Part shown: one piece after another, positions 8,723 to 17,054 of the stretch
Position numbering within the stretch: the stretch's first letter is position 1
Layout: each line of letters opens with the position of its first letter
Source: Chthonomonadaceae bacterium
Lineage (GTDB): Bacteria; Armatimonadota; Chthonomonadetes; Chthonomonadales; Chthonomonadaceae
NCBI GenBank assembly: GCA_035650735.1
Contig: DASRGZ010000206.1
Span: 45,799 to 65,798 of the forward strand
Length of the DNA stretch: 20,000 nucleotides
Direction: 5' to 3'
Notes under the pieces: model-generated
What the model was told of the DNA's origin: nothing
The model's input: only the letters and a program-made list of their open reading frames with translations
Database searches by the model: none
Program-made: the position numbers and the translations under genes

Positions 8723-10539
8723 GCGATACACAGACACACCCGGATTTCGAGCAGCTCCTGGAATATCTCCGGCGAACCCGGGGGTTTGATTTCACCGGCT
8801 ATAAACGCTCCAGCGTGATGCGCCGTATCGTTAAACGGATGCAGACGATTGAGCTATCCGAATTCGCCGACTATATTGATTACCTGGAGGTCCACCCCGA
8901 AGAGTTCACCTATCTGTTCAATACCATTCTGATCAACGTGACCTCCTTCTTCCGCGACCAGGAAGCCTGGGAGGTGATCTCCCGCGAGGTCCTCCCTAAG
9001 ATCCTGGGGAGTAAGCAGGACCATGAGCCTATCCGGATCTGGAGCGCCGGGTGCGCTTCCGGCCAGGAAGCCTATACGCTGGCAATGGTTTTAGCCGAAG
9101 TGTTGGGCACGGAAGCGTTCCGCCATCGGGTCAAAATCTATGCCACGGACGTGGACGAAGAGGCCCTGAACTACGGGCGGCAGGCCAGCTATACCCCCCG
9201 GGAAGTAGAGGACGTTCCCCAGCCCCTGCTGCAAAAGTATTTCGAACGCAACGGACACCTCTATGTTTTCTCCAAGGACCTGCGCTCCGCAGTCATCTTT
9301 GGCCGCCACGATCTGACCCAGGACGCGCCGATCTCGCGCATTGACCTGCTGGTCTGCCGCAATATCCTGATGTACTTCAATGCCGAAATCCAGGAACGCA
9401 TTTTGACCCGCTTCCACTTTGCGCTCCGTGATGGCGGCTTCCTGTTTCTGGGCCGGGCGGAGATGCTATTTGCCTACAGCAACCTCTATTCGCCGGTAGA
9501 CCTGCGGCGGCGCATTTTCACCAAGGTGCCCGGCCCGCCCCAGCGCGCGCGCCTGTTTGTCGCCCTGCAAAACAACCAGGGAGAGAGCGCGCCGCATATC
9601 CTCAATCATGTGCGCCTGCGGGATGCCGCCTTCAAGGCAGGCCCTGTGGCGCAGTTGGTCGTGGATGCCAACGGGTTTCTGGCATTCGCCAACGAGCAGG
9701 CCTGCCAGCGGTTCGGCTTGGCGCCCAGCGATCAGGGCCGGCCTCTACAGGATCTGCAGATCGCCTACCGTGCCGCGCAGCTGCGTCCCTGCATCGAGCA
9801 GGCATATGCGGAACGCCGCACGGTGCTGCTCCCGGATGTCGAGTGGACGGCGCACGACGGCGCGGCCCTCTTCCTGGATATCCAGATTACCCCGCTGCTG
9901 GATAACGGCAGCGACGTGCTGGGCGTCCTGATCAGCCTGCAGGATGTCTCCCGCTATAAACGCGCGGAAGCCGAGGTCCAGCGGATCAACCAGGAGTTGG
10001 AGGCCGCCTATGAGGAGCTGCAATCCACCGGCGAAGAGCTGGAGACCACCAACGAGGAGCTCCAGTCTACGGTGGAAGAACTGGAGACCACCAACGAGGA
10101 GCTCCAGTCCACCAATGAAGAGCTGGAGACCATGAACGAGGAACTGCGCGAGCGCAGCGACGAGCTCAACCATATCAATGGTTTCCTGGAATCGATCCTG
10201 ACCGGCTTGCGCAGAAGCGTGGTGGTGTTGAACCAGGACCTGTATGTCCAGGTATGGAACAACCGTTCCACAGACCTCTGGGGCCTGCGCGCGGATGAGG
10301 TGGAGGGCAAGCACTTTCTCAATCTGGATATCGGCCTGCCGGTCACGGAGTTGATGCCGCCCATTCGCGCCTGCCTGTCGGGCGAGCGCGACCATATGGA
10401 AGTTACCCTGAATGCGCGCAACCGGCGGGGCCGCGACTTCCAGTGCCGAGTGGACTGCACGCCGCTCATGAAACCCAATAGTGAGATTCGCGGTGTGATT
10501 CTACTTATGGAGGAATCTCAGGATCCAAAATCCGAATAG
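8719..10539 (+). CDS. cheR: CheR-type methyltransferase - PAS - methyl-accepting-like coiled coil - PAS protein
   Basis: GFDFTGYK, INVTSFFRD, RIWSAGCASGQEAYT, IYATDVD, DLLVCRNILMYF, GFLFLG, followed by a PAS region, EELQST/EELETT heptads and a C-terminal PAS domain. Confidence 0.93.
   Translation: MSDTQTHPDFEQLLEYLRRTRGFDFTGYKRSSVMRRIVKRMQTIELSEFADYIDYLEVHPEEFTYLFNTILINVTSFFRDQEAWEVISREVLPKILGSKQDHEPIRIWSAGCASGQEAYTLAMVLAEVLGTEAFRHRVKIYATDVDEEALNYGRQASYTPREVEDVPQPLLQKYFERNGHLYVFSKDLRSAVIFGRHDLTQDAPISRIDLLVCRNILMYFNAEIQERILTRFHFALRDGGFLFLGRAEMLFAYSNLYSPVDLRRRIFTKVPGPPQRARLFVALQNNQGESAPHILNHVRLRDAAFKAGPVAQLVVDANGFLAFANEQACQRFGLAPSDQGRPLQDLQIAYRAAQLRPCIEQAYAERRTVLLPDVEWTAHDGAALFLDIQITPLLDNGSDVLGVLISLQDVSRYKRAEAEVQRINQELEAAYEELQSTGEELETTNEELQSTVEELETTNEELQSTNEELETMNEELRERSDELNHINGFLESILTGLRRSVVVLNQDLYVQVWNNRSTDLWGLRADEVEGKHFLNLDIGLPVTELMPPIRACLSGERDHMEVTLNARNRRGRDFQCRVDCTPLMKPNSEIRGVILLMEESQDPKSE
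10012..10146 (+). repeat. Tandem 21-bp (heptad) coding repeats EEL(Q/E)(S/T)(T/M)x
   Basis: About 6.5 units: EELQSTG EELETTN EELQSTV EELETTN EELQSTN EELETMN EEL. Confidence 0.9.
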
Positions 10540-10591
10540 TAAGCCAGGCGTAAGCGCCAGCGCAGTGGAGAGGAGCAGGGAGATTTCCGAG

Positions 10592-11926
10592 ATGTACCAG
10601 GAATCGTTTGACCGGCAAGTTCAGGATGCGAGCAGGCGGATCGTGGCCCTGCAGCGGCGTGCCCGCCTGGAGTCTGCCCACGAGCCGGAAATCCTGGTCT
10701 CCGCCCTGGAAGAGCTACAGACCACGATGGAAGAGCTGCTGGTCGCTCAGGAGGAGCTGCGCCAGCAGAACGAGGCGCTGCAAGCGGCCCACCTGGAGGC
10801 GGAGGTGGAGCGCCAGCGCTATCAGGATCTGTTTGAGTTTGCGCCGGACGGCTACCTGGCCACCGATCCGGCAGGCATCATTCAAGAGGCCAACCGCGCG
10901 GCGGCGCAGATGCTGGAAGCCTCGCAAAAATATCTCTTCCATAGGCCCCTGGCGGTTCTGATAGCTGACGAGGACCGTCGCACCTTTCGTCGTGAGCTTG
11001 CTCGCCTGGTGCAGGGCGGCCCGGCCCGCCGGTGGGAGATACGGCTCAAACCCAAAAAGCGCCTACCCTTTCATGCAGCCCTGACCGTCGCCCCCATCCA
11101 GGATCCAAAGGGAGCCGTGATAGGACTGCGCTGGATGGTGCGCGACATCACCGAGCGCAAGCAGACCGAGGAAGCCGTGCTGGCCTGGAATCGCGATCTG
11201 GAGCAGCGCGTCCAGGCGCGCACGGCGGAACTAGAAGCGGCCAATGCGGCGGCCCACCGGGAGATCGAAGAGCGTAAGCGCATCGAGGAGGAACTAGCCG
11301 CAAACCAGCGGCAGCTCGCCGCGTTGAATGAGCGGCTCAAGCGCGCCATGGTCGAGACCCACCACCGTGTCAAGAACAACCTCCAGGCGCTCGCTTCGAT
11401 GGTGGACATGCTGGCGATGGACGAGGCGCCCACCATCCCGATGACCGAGCTGCACCGGCTCAATTCGTATATCCGCACGCTGGCCACCATCCACGATATC
11501 CTGACCCAGCAGGCCAAAGAGGATGAGAGGGCGACTCATATCCATGCCGAGGCTATGCTGGAGCGGCTGCTGCCGCTGATGCGCCAGAGCGCAGGCAAGC
11601 CCGGCCTGAAAGCGGAGCTAGAGGACGCCCTGCTTACCGTGCGCCAGGGAACCTCGCTGGCTATCATCGTCAACGAACTGGTCAGCAACGCCATCAAGCA
11701 TGGCGACGGCACAATCACCCTGAAGTTCCACCGCACCGACGGCGAAGCCGAGCTGGAAATCACCGATGAGGGGGCGGGCTTTCCCGAAGGGTTTGATGGA
11801 AAGCTGGCCGCGCGTACCGGGCTGGAACTGGTTGAGCATCTGACGCGCTATGACCTGGGAGGCCATATTCATTATGCGAACCGGCCTGAAGGCGGCGGGC
11901 GCGTCATTCTTACCTTTCCCCTTTAG
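10592..11926 (+). CDS. PAS-domain sensor histidine kinase, HisKA_2 (HWE/HisKA_2) family
   Basis: PAS domain (YQDLFEFAPDGY..RDITERK), H-box ETHHRVKNNLQ, N-box NELVSNAIKH, G1 box TDEGAGF. Start is ATG 10592 with AGGGAG RBS (alternative GTG at 10565). Confidence 0.92.
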   Translation: MYQESFDRQVQDASRRIVALQRRARLESAHEPEILVSALEELQTTMEELLVAQEELRQQNEALQAAHLEAEVERQRYQDLFEFAPDGYLATDPAGIIQEANRAAAQMLEASQKYLFHRPLAVLIADEDRRTFRRELARLVQGGPARRWEIRLKPKKRLPFHAALTVAPIQDPKGAVIGLRWMVRDITERKQTEEAVLAWNRDLEQRVQARTAELEAANAAAHREIEERKRIEEELAANQRQLAALNERLKRAMVETHHRVKNNLQALASMVDMLAMDEAPTIPMTELHRLNSYIRTLATIHDILTQQAKEDERATHIHAEAMLERLLPLMRQSAGKPGLKAELEDALLTVRQGTSLAIIVNELVSNAIKHGDGTITLKFHRTDGEAELEITDEGAGFPEGFDGKLAARTGLELVEHLTRYDLGGHIHYANRPEGGGRVILTFPL

Positions 11927-12118
11927 CACAAAACCTTCGACCCTGCTTTGCATCTCCTCGTTCCCCCGGCGCTCAAAAGACCTGGCAGCCCATCACATTA
12001 GCCAATTGGATATAATAGATAGCAGGTTGATTGCAACCTTTCGGCGCAGGGCAGGCTCAAAGGTTAAGGAGAGCGTGTGACTCCTCTGTGCCCTGGAGCG
12101 GGGCGAACGGAGAAGACG

Positions 12119-13498
12119 ATGCTGCGACTGGATGCGAACAAGCCGGCTCACCTCTGCGAGGGCCTGACGCGCCGCGACTTCCTGCACGCGGGCGCGCTCT
12201 CGATGCTGGGCCTGAGCCTGACGCTGCCAGAGTTTCTAGCGATCCAGGCGCAGGGCGCGGTACGCAAAGAGCAAGACATCAACTGCATTATGCTCTTCTT
12301 GCTGGGCGGACCGAGCCAGCTCGATACCTGGGACATGAAGCCCCACGCCCCCGCCGAGATACGCGGCCCCTTCAAACCCATTAAGACCAACGTGCCCGGC
12401 ATCGAGATTTCGGAGATTTTCCCGCGCATGGCGAAGCGGGCCGATCTGTACTCCATCGTCCGCTCCGTCTACCATACTGCCGCCGCCGTCCACGATACCG
12501 GCCACCAGATGATGCAGACGGGTCGGCTCTTCTCCGAGGGGTTAGAGCACCCGCATATCGGCTGCGTACTCAGCTACCTCAAGGGGCCGAAGGGCGATGT
12601 TCCTCCACACATGCTGCTGCCGTGCCCGATGGGGCCGACCGGCGGCAATCTGCCACACGGCCAGACGGCGGGCTATCTCGGCAAAGCCTACGACCCTTTT
12701 GCCCTCCACGCCGACCCGTCCGACAAGAACTTTACAGTCCCCGACCTGCTGCCGCCCGACTATATCACGACGATCCGCGAGGCGCGGCGGCGCAAGCTGC
12801 GGGATGCGGTAGAGGACGCGGTCAAGGCGTTCGAGACCGGCGCCGACGCCCGGCTGCTGGACAGCCGCTTCCACCAGGCGTACACGTTGATGTCTTCCGT
12901 GAAGGTGCGGGAAGCCTTCGACATCGGCAAGGAGAGCCAGGCGACGCGCGAGAAGTACGGCAGGAACCGGTTTGGCCAGTCCTGCCTGCTGGCCCGCCGC
13001 TTGATCGAGCGCGGAGTCCGCTTCGTCACCGTCAATATGTTTGAGACGGTCTTCAACGAGCTCACCTGGGACATTCATGGCTGCGCGCCCTTCACGCCGA
13101 TAGATGCCTACCGCACGCACTGCGGCCCCTGGTTCGATAACGGCTACACGTCGCTGATTGAGGAGCTCACGGAGCGCGGCCTCTACGATAACACCATCGT
13201 CGTAGCGATGGGCGAGTTCGGGCGCACGCCCAGGATCAACCCGGCGGGCGGACGCGACCACTGGCCGCAGTGCTGGAGCATCGTCCTCGGCGGAGGCGGC
13301 ATTAAGGGCGGGCAGGTCATCGGCGCTTCCGACGAGATCGGCGCCTATCCCACCGACCGTCCGACCACGCCCGCCGACGTCGCCGCCACGCTCTACAGCG
13401 CGCTCGGCATTAGCTTGACGACCGAGTTGCCCGGTCCCGGCAATCGTTCGCTGCCCGTCGTCGAGCACTCGGCTCGCCCCATTTGTCAACTGCTATAA
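12119..13498 (+). CDS. DUF1501-family protein (Planctomycete-type) with a twin-arginine-like N-terminus
   Basis: LTRRDFL, GGPSQLDTWDMKP, YGRNRFGQSCLLARRLIERGVRFV, WDIH, MGEFGRTPRIN..GGRDHW, GGGIKGGQVIGASD. Confidence 0.9.
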   Translation: MLRLDANKPAHLCEGLTRRDFLHAGALSMLGLSLTLPEFLAIQAQGAVRKEQDINCIMLFLLGGPSQLDTWDMKPHAPAEIRGPFKPIKTNVPGIEISEIFPRMAKRADLYSIVRSVYHTAAAVHDTGHQMMQTGRLFSEGLEHPHIGCVLSYLKGPKGDVPPHMLLPCPMGPTGGNLPHGQTAGYLGKAYDPFALHADPSDKNFTVPDLLPPDYITTIREARRRKLRDAVEDAVKAFETGADARLLDSRFHQAYTLMSSVKVREAFDIGKESQATREKYGRNRFGQSCLLARRLIERGVRFVTVNMFETVFNELTWDIHGCAPFTPIDAYRTHCGPWFDNGYTSLIEELTERGLYDNTIVVAMGEFGRTPRINPAGGRDHWPQCWSIVLGGGGIKGGQVIGASDEIGAYPTDRPTTPADVAATLYSALGISLTTELPGPGNRSLPVVEHSARPICQLL

Positions 13499-13509
13499 AG
13501 GAGGCTAGG

Positions 13510-14073
13510 ATGAGCACGGTTTCAAACCTCCCTTCCGGCTCTACACCGCAGAAGAATTGTTCAATCTGCCGAAGGATGGCTATTTATATGAGCTCGTTCG
13601 TGGAGAACTGTGCAGAATGGCCCCACCTAGCGCCAAACATGGAAGCACGACCGCCCGCCTGTTTTCGCGTGCCGGCATTTATATAGAGGATAATGATCTC
13701 GGCGAGGCTTTTACCTCAGAAACCGGCTTTCTGCTCGCGCAGGACCCGGATACCGTTCTGGCGCCCGACTTCGCTTTTATTGCCAAGGAGCGCCTCCCCG
13801 AACCGTTGCCGGACACGTATATTCCTGTTGTCCCCGACCTTGTTCTGGAGACCCGCTCGCACAGCGATACCAGGCGCAGAGTCAACGAGAAAGTAGCGCT
13901 CTGGCCGGAATTTGGAGCCAAAATAGTGTGGGAACTCGATCCACGCAAGCGTGTGCTCACGGTGTACCGTTCGGGTGTCGAGCCGCGCACTTGGCCTTGA
14001 CGACATACTATCCGGCGAGGACGTGCTGCCGGGGTTCTCGCTGCCAATCCGTCGCCTGTTCCGGCAACCCTGA
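13510..14073 (+). pseudogene. Uma2-family (DUF820) PD-(D/E)XK endonuclease-like gene with two frameshifts
   Basis: ATG 13510 with an AGGAGG RBS is out of frame with YTAEELFNLP..YELVRGEL..PDTVLAPDFAFI..PDLVLE..VWELDP. After about 13990 the typical C-terminus LSGEDVLPGFSLPIRRLF is in another frame and ends at TGA 14071-14073. Confidence 0.85.
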
Positions 14074-14153
14074 GAGGAAGGCATGCCCAACCTATCTGTG
14101 TGCAGTGCGAGGCGCTGTTTGCGGAGCCTTTGTTGCCAGGAGTGAGGATTCAA

Positions 14154-14622
14154 ATGACTGCCGAACTCAACAAACTCAAGCCCTCCCTCTGCGCAACGCG
14201 GCGTCCGGAAGTGACAGAAGCCCTCCTTGCGGACATAACGCAGCGTATTGTGGAGGCGTTTCACCCGCATAAGGTCATCCTGTTCGGCTCCTATATCTCT
14301 CAAAGAGAGCCTCCCGAACCTTTTACGCCCGTTTCACCCGCATAAGGTCATCCTGTTCGGCTCCTATGCCTACGGCACGCCGCATAAGGATAGTGACGTA
14401 GACCTGTTCGTTATCATGGACTCCGACGAGTCAACCCACGCTCGCATTGTGAAAGTGACAAAGGTGGCGAAAGTGCCGTTCCTATCGATGGATATTATCG
14501 TGCGGACATCCAAAGAGGTTCAGGAGCGCCTGGCAATAGGCGATTTTTTCGTGATTGAAATTCTGGAAAAGGGTAGGGTTCTGTACGACCGTGACGCTAC
14601 TATTCTGCTAGCTCGCCCTTAA
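14154..14622 (+). pseudogene. Minimal nucleotidyltransferase (MNT, antitoxin-like) disrupted by a 73-bp insertion/duplication
   Basis: Removing one repeat copy plus the insert (73 bp) restores a 131 aa ORF: ..ITQRIVEAFHPHKVILFGSYAYGTPHKDSDVDLFVI..MDIIVRT..EILEKGRVLY (GS..DxD motif). Confidence 0.88.
14257..14367 (+). repeat. Perfect direct repeat (38 bp; 37 bp from GTTTC) flanking a unique 35-36 bp insert, a CRISPR-like unit inside the MNT gene
   Basis: CGTTTCACCCGCATAAGGTCATCCTGTTCGGCTCCTAT at 14257-14294 and 14330-14367, separated by ATCTCTCAAAGAGAGCCTCCCGAACCTTTTACGCC. Confidence 0.92.
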
Positions 14623-14641
14623 TATTCCGCTCTGAGGGAGA

Positions 14642-15454
14642 ATGATGCCCAACTTTATTTGTGTGCAGTGTGGGGTGCAGTTTACGGAGACAGAGAGGCC
14701 GCCGGAGCATTGCCCTATCTGCGCGGACGAGCGGCAGTACATCAACCCGAACGGGCAGGCGTGGACGACTCTGGAAGACTTACGCACCGACCATCGCAGC
14801 GTCTTGCAGGAGCACGAGCCGGGCCTGATGGGGATCGGGACAGAACCGCACTTTGCCATTGGGCAGCGCGCCCTGTTGGTGCAGTCGCCCGGCGGCAACA
14901 TCCTCTGGGACTGCATTAGCCTGATGGACGACGCGGCGGTGGAAGCGGTGCGTGCGCGCGGCGGCCTCTCTGCCATTGCCATCTCGCACCCGCACTTCTA
15001 TGCGGCGATGGTGGAGTGGAGCCGTGCCTTCGGCGGCGTGCCCATCTATCTGCACGCCGCCGACCGGGAGTGGGTCATGCGTTCCGACCCGGCCATCGCC
15101 TATTGGGAGGGCGAGACGCAGGCGCTTGGCGAGGGGCTGACGCTGATCCACTGTGGGGGCCACTTTGCGGGCAGCACGGCGCTGCATTGGGCCGGGGGCG
15201 CGGAAGGACGCGGCGCGCTCCTGACCGGCGATACCCTCCAGGTCGTTGCTGATCGCCGGTACGTCAGCTTTATGTACAGCTATCCGAACCTGATCCCGCT
15301 GCCCGCGCCCGCCATCCGGCGAATCGTGGAGGCCGTCGAGCCGTTTGCCTATGATCGCATCTATGGCGGCTGGTTCCCCAGCGTCGTCTCGGAGGGAGCC
15401 AAAGCCGCCGTCGCGCGCTCGGCGGAGCGTTATCTTCACGCCGTCGGAGGTTAG
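14642..15454 (+). CDS. Metallo-beta-lactamase-fold hydrolase with an N-terminal Zn ribbon
   Basis: ICVQCG..CPICADERQY, FAIGQRALL, NILWDC, IAISHPHFY, YLHAADREW, GGHFAGS, LTGD, FMYSYPN. Confidence 0.88.
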   Translation: MMPNFICVQCGVQFTETERPPEHCPICADERQYINPNGQAWTTLEDLRTDHRSVLQEHEPGLMGIGTEPHFAIGQRALLVQSPGGNILWDCISLMDDAAVEAVRARGGLSAIAISHPHFYAAMVEWSRAFGGVPIYLHAADREWVMRSDPAIAYWEGETQALGEGLTLIHCGGHFAGSTALHWAGGAEGRGALLTGDTLQVVADRRYVSFMYSYPNLIPLPAPAIRRIVEAVEPFAYDRIYGGWFPSVVSEGAKAAVARSAERYLHAVGG

Positions 15455-15488
15455 CGCCCTGCGCCGTTAGGAAGGGAATTAGACGCTC

Positions 15489-16127
15489 TCAATCTCCGTC
15501 CCGGTATCTCGCGCTAAGGATGCCCGGCCAGATGGTCGTCTTCAATTTGCTCCGCCACTCCTGCTGGGTGACCTTTGTCCCCGGCGTGCTGCCCTCGCCA
15601 TAGGTGAGCGTATCCAGAAACGCCAGCACGTCGGTAAGCCGTCCCTCGATCAAGTTCACCCCGGTGGCACGAGAGGGAGCCTGATTGTAGTAGTGGAACT
15701 CGTGGATGACTCTATCAATCGCCAGCATCTTCTCACGCGGCGAACGCGCCCGCTCAAACCGCTGCACGAACGCCTGAAATATCTCCACCGCCCCGCCGGG
15801 GTTGAGCTGCCGGCGTTTGTAGCTCTTCTGGTACTCATGCCAGGTCAGACTCCACGCGCACTCCGGGCATTGCAGTACCTCGTCCCGTCCCCCTTTGCGC
15901 AGGATGATGCTGACCTTGCCATCATGGGCGCAGCGCGGGCATTTCACCCGGCCTTTCCGGGCTTCGGCGATGGTCAGGATGGCCTGACAGCGCAGGTAGA
16001 GCGCATACCCGACATCTTCCACAAGCTCCTCATCCAGCAGTCCCCTGGCATCGCTCTCGTAGAGACGGCGCAGCCTGTCCTTGCGTACTCGTGGCGGCCA
16101 GCGTATCTCGGCCCTTTCCTCTTCCAT
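15489..16127 (-). CDS. Hypothetical protein with two CxxC motifs (Zn ribbon)
   Basis: 212 aa ORF with an AAGGAGAG RBS; contains VKCPRC and LQCPEC, otherwise helical. Confidence 0.75.
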   Translation of the reverse strand: MEEERAEIRWPPRVRKDRLRRLYESDARGLLDEELVEDVGYALYLRCQAILTIAEARKGRVKCPRCAHDGKVSIILRKGGRDEVLQCPECAWSLTWHEYQKSYKRRQLNPGGAVEIFQAFVQRFERARSPREKMLAIDRVIHEFHYYNQAPSRATGVNLIEGRLTDVLAFLDTLTYGEGSTPGTKVTQQEWRSKLKTTIWPGILSARYRDGD

Positions 16128-16173
16128 AGCCTCTCTCCTTCCTGAAGAGGAAGACAGCTTTCACCGGGCACAA

Positions 16174-16268
16174 GTTGCATCGGACGGGAGCGCATTTGCG
16201 ACTCGCTGTATTCGAAGGCAAAGCTGTGGTAGATCGGCAGTTGCATAGGACGGGAGCGCATTTGCGAC
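16174..16268. CRISPR. CRISPR-like mini-array: two 29-bp repeats and one 37-bp spacer
   Basis: GTTGCATCGGACGGGAGCGCATTTGCGAC (16174-16202) and GTTGCATAGGACGGGAGCGCATTTGCGAC (16240-16268) differ at 1 position; the spacer is 16203-16239. No third copy at +/-66 bp. Confidence 0.55.
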
Positions 16269-16290
16269 CGCCCGCGATTTCTGCTACAAT
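16262..16290 (+). promoter_or_regulatory. Sigma70-type promoter TTGCGA-N17-TACAAT with extended -10 TG
   Basis: TTGCGA at 16262-16267 (inside repeat 2), TG at 16282-16283, TACAAT at 16285-16290; 30 bp upstream of ATG 16321. Confidence 0.6.
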
Positions 16291-16320
16291 GGAGACGACC
16301 CCATTTCCTGTAAAGAAGCC

Positions 16321-17052
16321 ATGTACAACGTTTACGATTCCTTCCGCAACGTGCGTCTGGTCAAGCCGGACGACCCGGACTATATCGCCTTTATGCGCCG
16401 CATGGCCGATAAGCGCCCATCGCGAGGCGGACCGCGCGCGGCGGGCGAGTATCTGGGCGGCATGGTGGAGCAGGCCGTCCGACACTGGCTGGGCGGCTAC
16501 GTCCCACTTCAGGAGGAACGCATTCTCTCCTGGGAGCAGCGGCTACGCAACGGGCGGCACGCCACCCTCTACCGAGAACTCGACGCCGTATGGACGATTG
16601 ACCACGAATCGCTCTGCCTCTACGAGATGAAGCTGACCACGCCGGAGAACATGGAGCGCGGCGTCGGCCTGCGCCAGCTCGATACGGCAGCGGAGACGCT
16701 ATTTACCTCGAAGCGTTACCGGTACGTTTTGGAGCGGCTGGTCTACGTTGCCGAAGAGCCGATCCCCGTGCTGGACGGTCTGCCTGCGCTGGCCCCCGAT
16801 GATGAGTACGAGGAGCTTGGCGTCGTCTGGGTCCCGCCGCAGGCGGTGGAGACAGCCGCGAAGGAGCTTGGCCTGGAATTGCCGGAGGACTGGCTGAAGC
16901 CGGAGGCGCGCGAAGGCTTTGTGGAGGACCCGGAGCGAGAAGAATGGCGGCAATATGCCGACACTATGGCCCGCGAGCAAACAGAGGAGGAACCCCCCTC
17001 CGGGCCGTTGGCCGACGCTCTGCGCCGCGCCCTGAAGCAAGAGGAGCCTTAA
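16321..17052 (+). CDS. Hypothetical protein with a putative PD-(D/E)XK restriction-endonuclease-like fold and an acidic C-terminal tail
   Basis: Motif order: helix with E (GGMVEQAVRHWL), then RELDAVW, then LYEMKLT, then GLRQL, which matches E..D..ExK..Q. Fold inferred from motifs only. Confidence 0.65.
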   Translation: MYNVYDSFRNVRLVKPDDPDYIAFMRRMADKRPSRGGPRAAGEYLGGMVEQAVRHWLGGYVPLQEERILSWEQRLRNGRHATLYRELDAVWTIDHESLCLYEMKLTTPENMERGVGLRQLDTAAETLFTSKRYRYVLERLVYVAEEPIPVLDGLPALAPDDEYEELGVVWVPPQAVETAAKELGLELPEDWLKPEAREGFVEDPEREEWRQYADTMAREQTEEEPPSGPLADALRRALKQEEP

Positions 17053-17054
17053 AC

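Noticed and set aside
10012..10146. 21-bp tandem repeats as a possible CRISPR or VNTR
   Set aside because: In-frame coding heptads with synonymous variation and no spacers.
12542..13489. 315 aa minus-strand ORF and the 260 aa alternate-frame ORF at 17102-17884
   Set aside because: Shadows of DUF1501 and alr respectively.
16321..17052. Possible Cas4 or other known Cas protein next to the mini-array
   Set aside because: Lacks the four-cysteine Fe-S motif of Cas4, and I recognise no RAMP, RuvC or Cas1 motifs.
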